Source: Patescibacteria group bacterium (GTDB lineage Bacteria > Patescibacteriota > Patescibacteriia > Patescibacteriales > GWC2-42-12). From it: DNA of 64,000 nucleotides. The stretch lies in contig JBAZRI010000002.1 of assembly GCA_041662965.1 (NCBI GenBank), positions 46,062 through 110,061 on the forward strand, written 5' to 3'. The notes below the pieces were generated by a model. The model worked only from the letters and a program-made list of their open reading frames with translations. It did not search any database and was not told the DNA's origin. Below are positions 55,599 to 64,000 of this stretch, piece by piece. Numbering within the stretch: the first letter of the stretch is position 1; each line of letters begins with the position of its first letter. The position numbers and the translations under genes are program-made.

Positions 55599-58547
55599 AT
55601 GACTGCTTCATATTCATCAAACCGCGTAAAATCGCCGCAAAATTGGCGCCAAGCCAAAAAAAAATATTTTTTAAACAAAGCCAAGAAAAATTCATCTGAT
55701 TTCGGCAATCGGGGAGGCGTTAAACAATATTCAAGCGGAAAAAATAAGAATCCCCTAAAAATAAACCTGGCTAAAACCATCTTTATCGGCCTTTTGGCTT
55801 TATTTATTTTTGGCTATGCCGGTTTTCTTTGGCTAACGCACGATCTGCCTGATCCTAACCGCTTGATTGAACGCCAAGTGGCGCAGAGCACAAAAATTTA
55901 TGACCGCACCGGGCAAACCATCCTTTACGAAATCCACGGCGACCAGAAGCGCACCATGATTAGTTTGAGTGACGTGCCGGATAACTTAAAAAACGCCACT
56001 ATTTCCATAGAAGACAAAGATTTTTATAAACATGGCGGCTTCAGCCTCTGGGCTATTTTTAGAACGCTGGTAACCGACGTTCTTTTCGGCAAGCGAGCCG
56101 GCGGCTCAACCCTAACCCAGCAATTTATTAAAAATTCGGTTTTAACCAATGAAAAAACCATCACCAGAAAAATCAAAGAAATAATTTTAGCTTACCGGTT
56201 GGAAAAAAAATTCTCTAAAGATGAAATTTTGCAGATGTACTTTAATGAAATCCCTTACGGTTCAACCGCTTACGGCGTTGAAGCGGCCAGCCAAAAATAT
56301 TTCGGCAAATCGGCGCGCGATTTAAACTTGGCCGAAGCGGCCATTTTAGCGGCTATACCGCAAGCGCCCAGCCGCTATTCGCCCTACGGCCCGAATAAAG
56401 ATATTTTATTGGCGCGGCAAAAATATATTATAGATTTAATGGTAAAGTACGGCTATACTTCTAAAGCCCAGGCCGAAGAAGCAAAAAATTTTAAACTAAC
56501 ATTCAAGCCCCAATCAGACAATATCACGGCGCCGCATTTTGTTATGTATGTTAAAGAAATCTTAGCGGATAAATACGGGGAAAAAACCATAGAGCAGGGC
56601 GGCTTAAAAATTTATACCACGCTTGATTTATACAAACAAAAAATCGCCGAAGAAGTAATCAGCGCCAAAGCGGTTGATAACGAAAAAAAATACCAGGCAA
56701 CAAACGCCGCCCTGATTTCCATTGACCCGAAAAACGGCCAAGTTCTGGCCATGGTGGGCTCGCGCGACTATTTTAACGACGATATTGACGGCCAGGTCAA
56801 CGTGACGCTGCAGCCCCGCCAGCCAGGCTCGTCGTTTAAGCCTATAGTCTACTCGGCCGCGTTTATCAAGGGCTACACGCCCGAGACCGTGCTGTACGAC
56901 GTGGTGACTAATTTTTCCACTGACCCGAATCCGGCCAATGCTTACGAACCACATAACTATGATTTAAAAGAGCATGGCCCGGTTACCATCAGGCAGGCCC
57001 TGGCCGGCTCTTTAAACATACCGGCAGTTAAGGCTCTTTATCTTGCCGGAGTTAATAATGTTATAAGTTTAGCGCAAAATTTCGGCTATACCACGTTTAA
57101 TGACAAAGAGCGTTTTGGCTTGTCTCTGGTTTTAGGCGGCGGCGAGGTAAAATTATTGGAACACGCCAACGCTTTTAGCGCTTTCGCCCGCGAAGGCGTT
57201 AAGCATCCGATCGCCGTTATTTTAAAAATTGAAGATAAGGACGGCAAGATTTTGGAAGAATTTAAAAATCAGGATGAAAAAATTTTAGACGCGGGTATCG
57301 CGCGCTTAACCAACAGTATTTTATCCGATAATTCGGCGCGCGCTTATATTTTCGGCCAAAACAACTATCTGACCCTAGGTTCAAGGCCGGTAGCGGCCAA
57401 AACCGGCACTACCAACGACTACCATGACGCCTGGACCATCGGCTACACGCCGTCAATCGTCACCGGCGTCTGGGTGGGCAACAGCAATGGCAAAGAAATG
57501 AAACGAGGCGCCGACGGTTCGGTGGTGGCCGCGCCGATTTGGCACGATTACATGGATAAAGTTTTAGGCAATACGCCGATTGAGTATTTTAATCCCCCGG
57601 ACAACAAACCAACCGGCAAACCCGTGTTGGACGGCGTGATTGACCCTGATACCGCGGTTAAAATTGATAAATTCTCCGGGCTTTTAGCCAATGAATTTAC
57701 GCCGGCCAGCGCTATCGTAGAAAAACAATTTAAACAAACTCATTGTATTTTATACTATATTAATAAAGACGACCCGCGCGGACCGGCGCCGTCCGATCCG
57801 AAAAACGACCCACAATTTGCTTTATGGGAAAGCAGAGTTTTAGAATGGGCAAAAAAACAAGGCATTGTAAATTCAGCGCCGCCGACCGAATATGATAACG
57901 TCCATCGGCCGGAATTTAACCCGATCATATCAATTGATTCTCCGAGCAATAATCAAACCATCGCTGACCAATTATTAAACGTGCAAATCAGCGCTACGGC
58001 TCCGCGCGGCATTAACCGAGCCGAATATTATATTGACGGTTACTTATTCGGTTCCTCGGTTGCCTATCCCTTTGATCTTAATAAATCAGTAAGCTCTTTA
58101 AGCAACGGCTTCCATAGTTTAACCGTGCGCGTTTGCGATGATGTTGATAATTACTCTGAGCAAAAAATAGAATTTAATTTAATAAATAATAATAAGCCAA
58201 AAACCACTAAAATCAGCCTAACTCTAACTCAGCCTCTTGACGCGACCAGCATTAATAAATATGATTTCCCTTTACTCTTAAAAGCCGAGGTGGTTAATCC
58301 GGAGCAGGCCGCCGGCGTCACTTTTTATTTTAAAGACTCTAGCGGTAAAATACAGCAGATTGCCAAAAGCCAAGTTATAGATAAAACCGCCGAGGCCCAA
58401 ATGACCAATATTTTAACTCCCGGCTCCTATAAATTTTATGCCGAAGCGCGCGGCTGGTATGGCCAAACCGCTAAAAGCGAAGAAGCTTCTATAACTGTTA
58501 ATAGCCTGCCCCTAGCCGCCACTACCACACCGGCGGCTGCCCAATAA
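55599..58547 (+). CDS. Class A penicillin-binding protein (PBP1A family) with C-terminal Ig-like domains
   Basis: EDKDFYKHGG, GGSTLTQQ, RKIKE, SSFK, SLN, KTG. Confidence 0.95.
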   Translation: MTASYSSNRVKSPQNWRQAKKKYFLNKAKKNSSDFGNRGGVKQYSSGKNKNPLKINLAKTIFIGLLALFIFGYAGFLWLTHDLPDPNRLIERQVAQSTKIYDRTGQTILYEIHGDQKRTMISLSDVPDNLKNATISIEDKDFYKHGGFSLWAIFRTLVTDVLFGKRAGGSTLTQQFIKNSVLTNEKTITRKIKEIILAYRLEKKFSKDEILQMYFNEIPYGSTAYGVEAASQKYFGKSARDLNLAEAAILAAIPQAPSRYSPYGPNKDILLARQKYIIDLMVKYGYTSKAQAEEAKNFKLTFKPQSDNITAPHFVMYVKEILADKYGEKTIEQGGLKIYTTLDLYKQKIAEEVISAKAVDNEKKYQATNAALISIDPKNGQVLAMVGSRDYFNDDIDGQVNVTLQPRQPGSSFKPIVYSAAFIKGYTPETVLYDVVTNFSTDPNPANAYEPHNYDLKEHGPVTIRQALAGSLNIPAVKALYLAGVNNVISLAQNFGYTTFNDKERFGLSLVLGGGEVKLLEHANAFSAFAREGVKHPIAVILKIEDKDGKILEEFKNQDEKILDAGIARLTNSILSDNSARAYIFGQNNYLTLGSRPVAAKTGTTNDYHDAWTIGYTPSIVTGVWVGNSNGKEMKRGADGSVVAAPIWHDYMDKVLGNTPIEYFNPPDNKPTGKPVLDGVIDPDTAVKIDKFSGLLANEFTPASAIVEKQFKQTHCILYYINKDDPRGPAPSDPKNDPQFALWESRVLEWAKKQGIVNSAPPTEYDNVHRPEFNPIISIDSPSNNQTIADQLLNVQISATAPRGINRAEYYIDGYLFGSSVAYPFDLNKSVSSLSNGFHSLTVRVCDDVDNYSEQKIEFNLINNNKPKTTKISLTLTQPLDATSINKYDFPLLLKAEVVNPEQAAGVTFYFKDSSGKIQQIAKSQVIDKTAEAQMTNILTPGSYKFYAEARGWYGQTAKSEEASITVNSLPLAATTTPAAAQ

Positions 58548-58606
58548 TACTTTATAATAAAAAAGCCGCTTCATAAATATAGAGGCGGTTTTTTATTATA
58601 TTTATC

Positions 58607-59758
58607 TTATTGTTTTATCGGCATAATGATATACAAATAACTTTCATCTTGCTCCGGCCTGATAATGCACGGAGTATTAGAGTCTATAACCTCAATCTTA
58701 ACCGTTTCTTTTTCAATATTGCTTAAGCCCTCTAATAAATAACGATAATTTACCACAATGCTATTGTCATCACCCGACACCTTGGCCTCTAAATTTGTTA
58801 TATTTTCCCCGGTTTGCCCGGAAACCGAAGAAATCACTACTTGATTTTTGCCTAAAGGAAAATCTAAATTAACATCATTAATGCCGGTTTTAGAAAATAA
58901 AGAGGCCATTTTTACGGCGCGAATTAATTCTTGCCGGTCAATAGAAATTTTAGTTTTACTGTTGTTGGGGATAATCTGCTGATAGTCGGGGTATTGACCT
59001 TCAATTAAACGCGAGACCAATTCAGTTGAACCATAAGTAAATAAAATTTGATTTTCTGAAATATAAAATTTTATTTCCGAGTTTTTTTCTTCCACTTCGT
59101 CATCTAAATTAATTGATAAAACCCTTAATAGCTCCTGTAAAGTCTTAGCCGGCACAATAATCTTTTTTTCTTCTTCGTTGTTTGATTTGATTTTAATCTT
59201 TTTTTCAGCTAAGCGATAGCTGTCGGTCGCGGCCAGAGTTAAACTGCCACCAGAAAAATCAAAAAGTACGCCGGATAATTCCAGTCTGGTTTCACTTAAA
59301 GCGGTGGCAAAAATTACCTGGGAAATCGCCTTTTTTATTTCTTCGGCCTCCGCGCTAAAATAATTTTTTCTGTCAACTTCCGGTATCAAAGGAAATTCTT
59401 CGGCCGATTGGCCTTTAGCCTTGGCTTGATAATTTTCGCAATCTACTAACAAATCATTCTCTTTCTGCTCCAGGCCGATCTTTTTATTCGGCAAAAGATT
59501 TATGCAATCAGAAATAATTTTTGAACTTACGGTAAACGACCCTTCACGCTCAATTTTTCCCCTAACCGTGCTAACTACGCCAATCTCCAAATTAGTGGCG
59601 ATTAGCTTTATTTTGCCTTCTTCGGCTTTAATTAAAACATTATTCAATATCGGCAAGTTAACGTTTTTCCCCGAAACATGCCCGACTAGCGCCAAGCCTT
59701 GCTTTAAATTTTCTTGCAAGCTGAATATTTTTAATCCGCCGGAGTTTTGACTTGTCAT
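58607..59758 (-). CDS. dnaN: DNA polymerase III beta clamp
   Basis: LPILNNVL, ATDSYRL, SRLIEGQYPDY, IMPIK. Confidence 0.97.
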   Translation of the reverse strand: MTSQNSGGLKIFSLQENLKQGLALVGHVSGKNVNLPILNNVLIKAEEGKIKLIATNLEIGVVSTVRGKIEREGSFTVSSKIISDCINLLPNKKIGLEQKENDLLVDCENYQAKAKGQSAEEFPLIPEVDRKNYFSAEAEEIKKAISQVIFATALSETRLELSGVLFDFSGGSLTLAATDSYRLAEKKIKIKSNNEEEKKIIVPAKTLQELLRVLSINLDDEVEEKNSEIKFYISENQILFTYGSTELVSRLIEGQYPDYQQIIPNNSKTKISIDRQELIRAVKMASLFSKTGINDVNLDFPLGKNQVVISSVSGQTGENITNLEAKVSGDDNSIVVNYRYLLEGLSNIEKETVKIEVIDSNTPCIIRPEQDESYLYIIMPIKQ

Positions 59759-59759
59759 A

Positions 59760-60050
59760 ATATATTTTAATTATCCGTCCCGTTTTTATAAATTTTCAAC
59801 GGGTTGATAAACTTGTTAGTTATTAATTAATATAGTATTTATAATATTAAGAAATAATAATAACAATAAGCGGGTTGATAAACTGGTTTAGTATTAAATT
59901 TTAGCTGATCTTTGATTTTTTATTGGTTTTGTTAGCGGTTAAATATATGTTAAAAAGGGTGTTGAAAAATAAACCGTTTGGGGATAAAATTTTTATTGGT
60001 AAATTTATTAACGAATAGTTAACAGGTAAATCAGAACTTTTCACCAAACT
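59760..60050. promoter_or_regulatory. Probable oriC region (dnaA-dnaN spacer)
   Basis: AT-rich tract flanked by a 14-bp direct repeat CGGGTTGATAAACT (59800, 59871); several TTWTCAAC-type relaxed DnaA boxes. Confidence 0.6.
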
Positions 60051-60051
60051 A

Positions 60052-61398
60052 TTAACCGCTATAAATTACTTGTTTAATAGAATCTACGTGTTGTTTTATT
60101 TTTTCATCTTCTTGGCACTCGCGTTCTATTTTATTGTAAGCATGCATGGCTGTTGTGTGATCGCGGCCGCCTAATTCTTGGCCGATTGAAGGATAAGAAG
60201 CATTGATTTCTTTGCGCATTAAGTACATAGCGATTTGTCTGGGCACAACCAATTCTTTTTTACGGCTTTGCCCGATCAGATCTTTAATGTTTATATCAAA
60301 AAATTTAGCCGCTGCCTCAATAATGGTTTTAGCCGTAGTTGATTTAGATTGAAAATTAGAAATTATGCCGGCCAAAATGCTTTTAGTTGAATCTATCGAC
60401 GGCAGAGAGTTATTAAACTCATAATAAGCGATTAAGCGATTTAAAGCCCCCTCTAATTCGCGGATGTTATTAGTGATATTAGTCGCAATGTAAGCTAAAA
60501 TTTCTCTATCAAGCTTATAATTTTTTTCTCGGCACTTAGTTTCCAGTATGGCTATCCTGGTTTCTAAATCCGGTGAGCTGACATCAGCAATCATGCCCCA
60601 CTCAAAGCGCGACAGCAGCCTTTTTTCTAAGGCCGGTATGGCTTTGGGCGGCCGGTCTGAAGAAATTACTATTTGTTTATTGGTTTGATGCAGTTCATTA
60701 AAAGTATGAAAAAATTCTTCTTGTGTGCCGTCTTTGCCGCCCATAAAGTGGATATCGTCAATCAGCAACAAATCAACATTGCGGTAATGGTCTTTAAAGT
60801 CTTTGGCTTGGCCGTTTCTCACCGCCTGGACATAGTCATTAGTGAATTTTTCACAGGAAACATATAAAATTTTATCACTTTTTTTGGATAATTCGTGCCC
60901 GATAGCTTGCAGTAAATGGGTTTTTCCCAAGCCGACGCCGCCGTAAATAAACAACGGATTATAAGCATGGCCCGGGTTAGCGGCTACGGCCTGGCAAGCC
61001 GCATGCGCCAATTCGTTGTTTTTTCCAACAATAAAACTGTCAAACACGTAACGGTTGTTAAGGCCGAAGCGGTTAACAATTTTCGGTTTGCTCTCGATCG
61101 TATTTTCAGTTTTAACTCTTTTTATAAAATTTTCCGGCGTTGAGTCTTTTTTAGCTTCAACTTTGTAAAGAATTTCCTTAATTTCTCCGGAACCGACGCT
61201 TTTGAAAGCATTGGCGATTTCTTTGTGGTATTTTTTTTCCAGCCAGGCTTTAGTGAAGGTATTGGGCACGCAGATAATGACGCGGTTATTTTCCAGAGAA
61301 GAGATAAAAGTGCTTTTAAACCAAGTAGTGAAGTTAGCCCTGGACAAGCTAAGTTCAATTTCACCTAAAATAGCTTGCCAAAGTTGTTCATTGTTCAT
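60052..61398 (-). CDS. dnaA: Chromosomal replication initiator
   Basis: YNPLFIYGGVGLGKTHL, LLIDDI, GGRDHTTAMHA. Confidence 0.98.
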   Translation of the reverse strand: MNNEQLWQAILGEIELSLSRANFTTWFKSTFISSLENNRVIICVPNTFTKAWLEKKYHKEIANAFKSVGSGEIKEILYKVEAKKDSTPENFIKRVKTENTIESKPKIVNRFGLNNRYVFDSFIVGKNNELAHAACQAVAANPGHAYNPLFIYGGVGLGKTHLLQAIGHELSKKSDKILYVSCEKFTNDYVQAVRNGQAKDFKDHYRNVDLLLIDDIHFMGGKDGTQEEFFHTFNELHQTNKQIVISSDRPPKAIPALEKRLLSRFEWGMIADVSSPDLETRIAILETKCREKNYKLDREILAYIATNITNNIRELEGALNRLIAYYEFNNSLPSIDSTKSILAGIISNFQSKSTTAKTIIEAAAKFFDINIKDLIGQSRKKELVVPRQIAMYLMRKEINASYPSIGQELGGRDHTTAMHAYNKIERECQEDEKIKQHVDSIKQVIYSG

Positions 61399-61701
61399 AG
61401 CGCGAGGGGGTTACGATTTATTTAAAATAAAAATATCTAATAGTAATATAAAATTGATAAAATAATTAGCGAGTTCATTTCAATAGCCATTATAACAGCT
61501 TAATTATAAATGTAAAATAGACTTTAATGTTTACAAACTGTTAATAAATAGTGGAAAAGATTATATTAGCTTTTTATTTTTAAAAAAGCGTAATAATATT
61601 TTTTAGTTTGACTTTAAAAAGGTTAAATGTTATGTTTTATTTGAGATAAAGCCGTATATTTATCTCTTTAAATTTTTATTAATAATATTTGTTTATATTT
61701 T

Positions 61702-61839
61702 ATGCCAAAAAGAACTTATCAGCCGAATAAAAAACGAGCTAAAAGAAAACATGGTTTTAGAAAAAGAATGCAGACAAAAAATGGCCGTAATGTTGTTAAA
61801 AGAAGAAAAGCTAAAGGCAGAAAAAGGCTGTCAAAATAA
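61702..61839 (+). CDS. rpmH: 50S ribosomal protein L34
   Basis: Manual translation [45 protein letters not shown] (45 aa, too short for the ORF track). Confidence 0.96.
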   Translation: MPKRTYQPNKKRAKRKHGFRKRMQTKNGRNVVKRRKAKGRKRLSK

Positions 61840-61883
61840 AGCTAACTAAAGCCTGTTCGGCAATTCGTTTATATTTAATATTT

Positions 61884-62234
61884 ATGTTAGCCAGGCGACT
61901 CCGTTTAGCCAAAGAAAAAGATTTTAAGAGAATATTTAAGCTGGGGAAATCTTCTTATGCTAAAATTTTTGGTATAAAAGTTTTAGCTAATAAGCTAGAG
62001 GTTAATCGTTATGGCATTGTAATTAGTGCTAATGTTAGCAAAAAAGCTACAGATAGGAATAAATTAAAAAGGCAGCTAAGAGCAATTATTAAAGAATTTG
62101 ATGAAAAAATTATCCAAGGATTTGATCTGGTGATTATAGTGGCTCCGGCCGTCTTAAGCCAAAAATACGAATTTATAAAAAGCGAGCTGAAAAAATTATT
62201 GGTTGCATTAAAATTATTTAAGCTCGGCAAATAA
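61884..62234 (+). CDS. rnpA: Ribonuclease P protein component
   Basis: [20 protein letters not shown]. Confidence 0.93.
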   Translation: MLARRLRLAKEKDFKRIFKLGKSSYAKIFGIKVLANKLEVNRYGIVISANVSKKATDRNKLKRQLRAIIKEFDEKIIQGFDLVIIVAPAVLSQKYEFIKSELKKLLVALKLFKLGK

Positions 62235-62235
62235 C

Positions 62236-62484
62236 ATGCTTAAATTTTATCCGCGCTATATCGCGGTAAAAATTTTAAAGATTTATCAGAAAACGCTTTC
62301 TTTTGATCATGGTATTTTTAAATTTTTATATCCTAACGGTTTTTGCCGTTTTCACCCGACTTGCTCTGATTATGCCATAGAGGCTATAGAAAAATACGGC
62401 TTTTTAAAGGGCGGAAGCAAGGCGATTTGGCGGGTTTTGCGCTGTAATCCATTTAATTCCGGAGGTTTTGACCCTCTGAAATAA
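62236..62484 (+). CDS. yidD: Membrane protein insertion efficiency factor
   Basis: [10 protein letters not shown]...[13 protein letters not shown]. Confidence 0.95.
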   Translation: MLKFYPRYIAVKILKIYQKTLSFDHGIFKFLYPNGFCRFHPTCSDYAIEAIEKYGFLKGGSKAIWRVLRCNPFNSGGFDPLK

Positions 62485-62496
62485 TTTTTATTATTT

Positions 62497-63213
62497 ATGT
62501 CTCAAATTTTTAACCTTATTTTCTATCAGCCCATACTTAATCTTTTGGTTTTTTTATATAATATCGTCCCGGGGCATGATATCGGCTTGGCCATAATAAT
62601 CATGACAGTGGTCATTAAATTAATTTTATTGCCTTTGTCCAAACAGTCGATAAAATCACAAAAATCTTTGCAGGAATTACAGCCCAAAATTGATGAAATC
62701 AAGAAAAAATACGCGGACAATAAAGAAGAACAGGGCCGAGCCATGATGCAGTTGTACAAACAGGAAAAAGTAAATCCGCTTTCTTCTTGTTTGCCGCTAT
62801 TAATCCAGTTGCCGTTTTTATGGGCGGTTTTTATGGTTTTTAGAGCAGGTTTAAGCGGTAAATCTCTTAATTTGGTTTACTCTTTTATTCATCAGCCGGA
62901 ATTAATTAACACCATATCTTTGGGTTTTATTGATTTGGCAAAACCCAATGTAGTTTTAGCTGTTTTAGCCGGTTTAGCTCAATTTTGGCAGGCGAAAATG
63001 ATGACTATAAAGCGTCCGGAAGTTAAAAGCCAGGGCGCCAAAGATGAAAATATGATGGCGATTATGAATAAGCAGATGCTCTATATGATGCCGGCTTTAA
63101 CTGTTTTTATCGGATTGTCTTTTCCCGGAGGGTTGGCGCTTTATTGGCTGGTCACTACTCTTTTAACAGCCTTACAGCAATTGTATTTGTTTAAGAAGAA
63201 AGAGACAGTATAA
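62497..63213 (+). CDS. yidC: Membrane protein insertase YidC
   Basis: LQPKI, NPLSSCLPLLIQLP, GLALYW. Confidence 0.95.
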   Translation: MSQIFNLIFYQPILNLLVFLYNIVPGHDIGLAIIIMTVVIKLILLPLSKQSIKSQKSLQELQPKIDEIKKKYADNKEEQGRAMMQLYKQEKVNPLSSCLPLLIQLPFLWAVFMVFRAGLSGKSLNLVYSFIHQPELINTISLGFIDLAKPNVVLAVLAGLAQFWQAKMMTIKRPEVKSQGAKDENMMAIMNKQMLYMMPALTVFIGLSFPGGLALYWLVTTLLTALQQLYLFKKKETV

Positions 63214-63233
63214 AAGATATTTGTACAATATAA

Positions 63234-63269
63234 AAAAACCGCTCTTGCCAGTAAGGGGTGGTTTTTTAT
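63234..63269 (+). terminator. Intrinsic terminator after yidC
   Basis: AAAAAACCGCTCTT-GCCAGT-AAGGGGTGGTTTTTT. Confidence 0.65.
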
Positions 63270-63296
63270 ATGGTGTACTTTTTTATAAATTTTTAT

Positions 63297-63463
63297 ATTC
63301 GTGGCGCTTCGCTAGGACTTACTTTTTATGACTAAAAAGTAAGCAAACCTGCCTGCCGGCAGGCAGGAAGTCTCGGGGGTTTCCGATTGGCTATCTAGCT
63401 GATTTATCTTATCTCTGTAAGCAATGGCGCCAACTCCAACCCCCGAACCCCCTTGGTGATTTT
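63297..63463 (-). repeat. Structured repeat family E, copy 3, carrying a family F 20-mer
   Basis: Reverse complement of 5765-5911 plus CCTGCCTGCCGGCAGGCAGG at 63348-63367. Confidence 0.88.
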
Positions 63464-63509
63464 TAATTGTATTTTAAGGCGAACCTAGAAAAATTTAGGA
63501 ATAGATTTT

Positions 63510-64000
63510 TTAAAAGCTTCTATTTTTCCCCACGATTACGTTTAAATGTTTTTTAACAACCGTGATTTCGGCCGGCGCGTTTATGGGAATTGATCCGTCT
63601 AAAAGCAATTGATGTTTTAAATTATGGATGGTGATTTTTTTAATTTTAAAAATTGATTGGTGGTCTTGCCTGGTAAAAAAATTTTTATTGCCGTAAGTAT
63701 TTACAACTAATTCCAAAAGTCCGTCATCGGGGATAAATTTTACGTTAGGCGGCAGCTTGATTTGTTCTCCGATTAAATTAAAAATATAGATTAAACCTTT
63801 TTCCGTAGTTTCAATAGTGTAATTTTTATTCATGTCAATCACGGTTCCTTGATTATTTATGCTAATATTAGATAAAAAATATGTTTGGTTAGCCAACCCC
63901 AGGTCAAGCTTAACCAGCAGCCTGGCTGATAAAATATCGCAAGCCGCTTCGGCCGATTCAATGCCTAAGCTTTTAGCAATCTGATTGTTGTCTTCGCCGA
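63510..64000 (-). CDS. Diacylglycerol-kinase-family protein, 5' part outside window
   Basis: Frame is open to the window edge: GEDNNQIAKSLGI...ACDILSAR...LDLG.AN..YFL...DDGLLE...LLLDG. Confidence 0.7.
   Translation of the reverse strand, partial: GEDNNQIAKSLGIESAEAACDILSARLLVKLDLGLANQTYFLSNISINNQGTVIDMNKNYTIETTEKGLIYIFNLIGEQIKLPPNVKFIPDDGLLELVVNTYGNKNFFTRQDHQSIFKIKKITIHNLKHQLLLDGSIPINAPAEITVVKKHLNVIVGKNRSF

Overview
AT-rich bacterial chromosome segment around the replication origin (yidC-yidD-rnpA-rpmH / dnaA-dnaN). Gene content, 16S signatures, SD-less core genes and the VirB2/TrbC-like pilin arrays point to a Patescibacteria (CPR, Parcubacteria/ABY1-like) genome; this assignment is an inference. 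Housekeeping genes: secG-rplT-rpmI-infC, smpB/tmRNA, tig, hppA, nusA, rlmN, greA, xerC-like, rpsO-pnp, rpsP-khpA-trmD, gmk, rplS, tsaE, lspA, PBP1A. It also holds a 16S rRNA with no 23S behind it, 12 tRNAs and 11 pilin-like genes. The most notable items are: (1) a family of ~30-bp hairpins that abut or overlap tRNA ends and, as an inverted pair, enclose a small GIY-YIG nuclease between tRNA-Ile and tRNA-fMet, with a gene-less pair between tRNA-Pro and tRNA-Gly; (2) a cobalamin-riboswitch operon encoding transcobalamin-like alpha/beta modules plus an ECF-S-like membrane protein; (3) a ~330-nt promoter-to-terminator structured RNA candidate with kissing loops upstream of dksA/traR; (4) at least eight families of palindromic miniature repeats, some inserted into each other, into coding frames or into a start codon. 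All calls were made by eye; no database searches were run.
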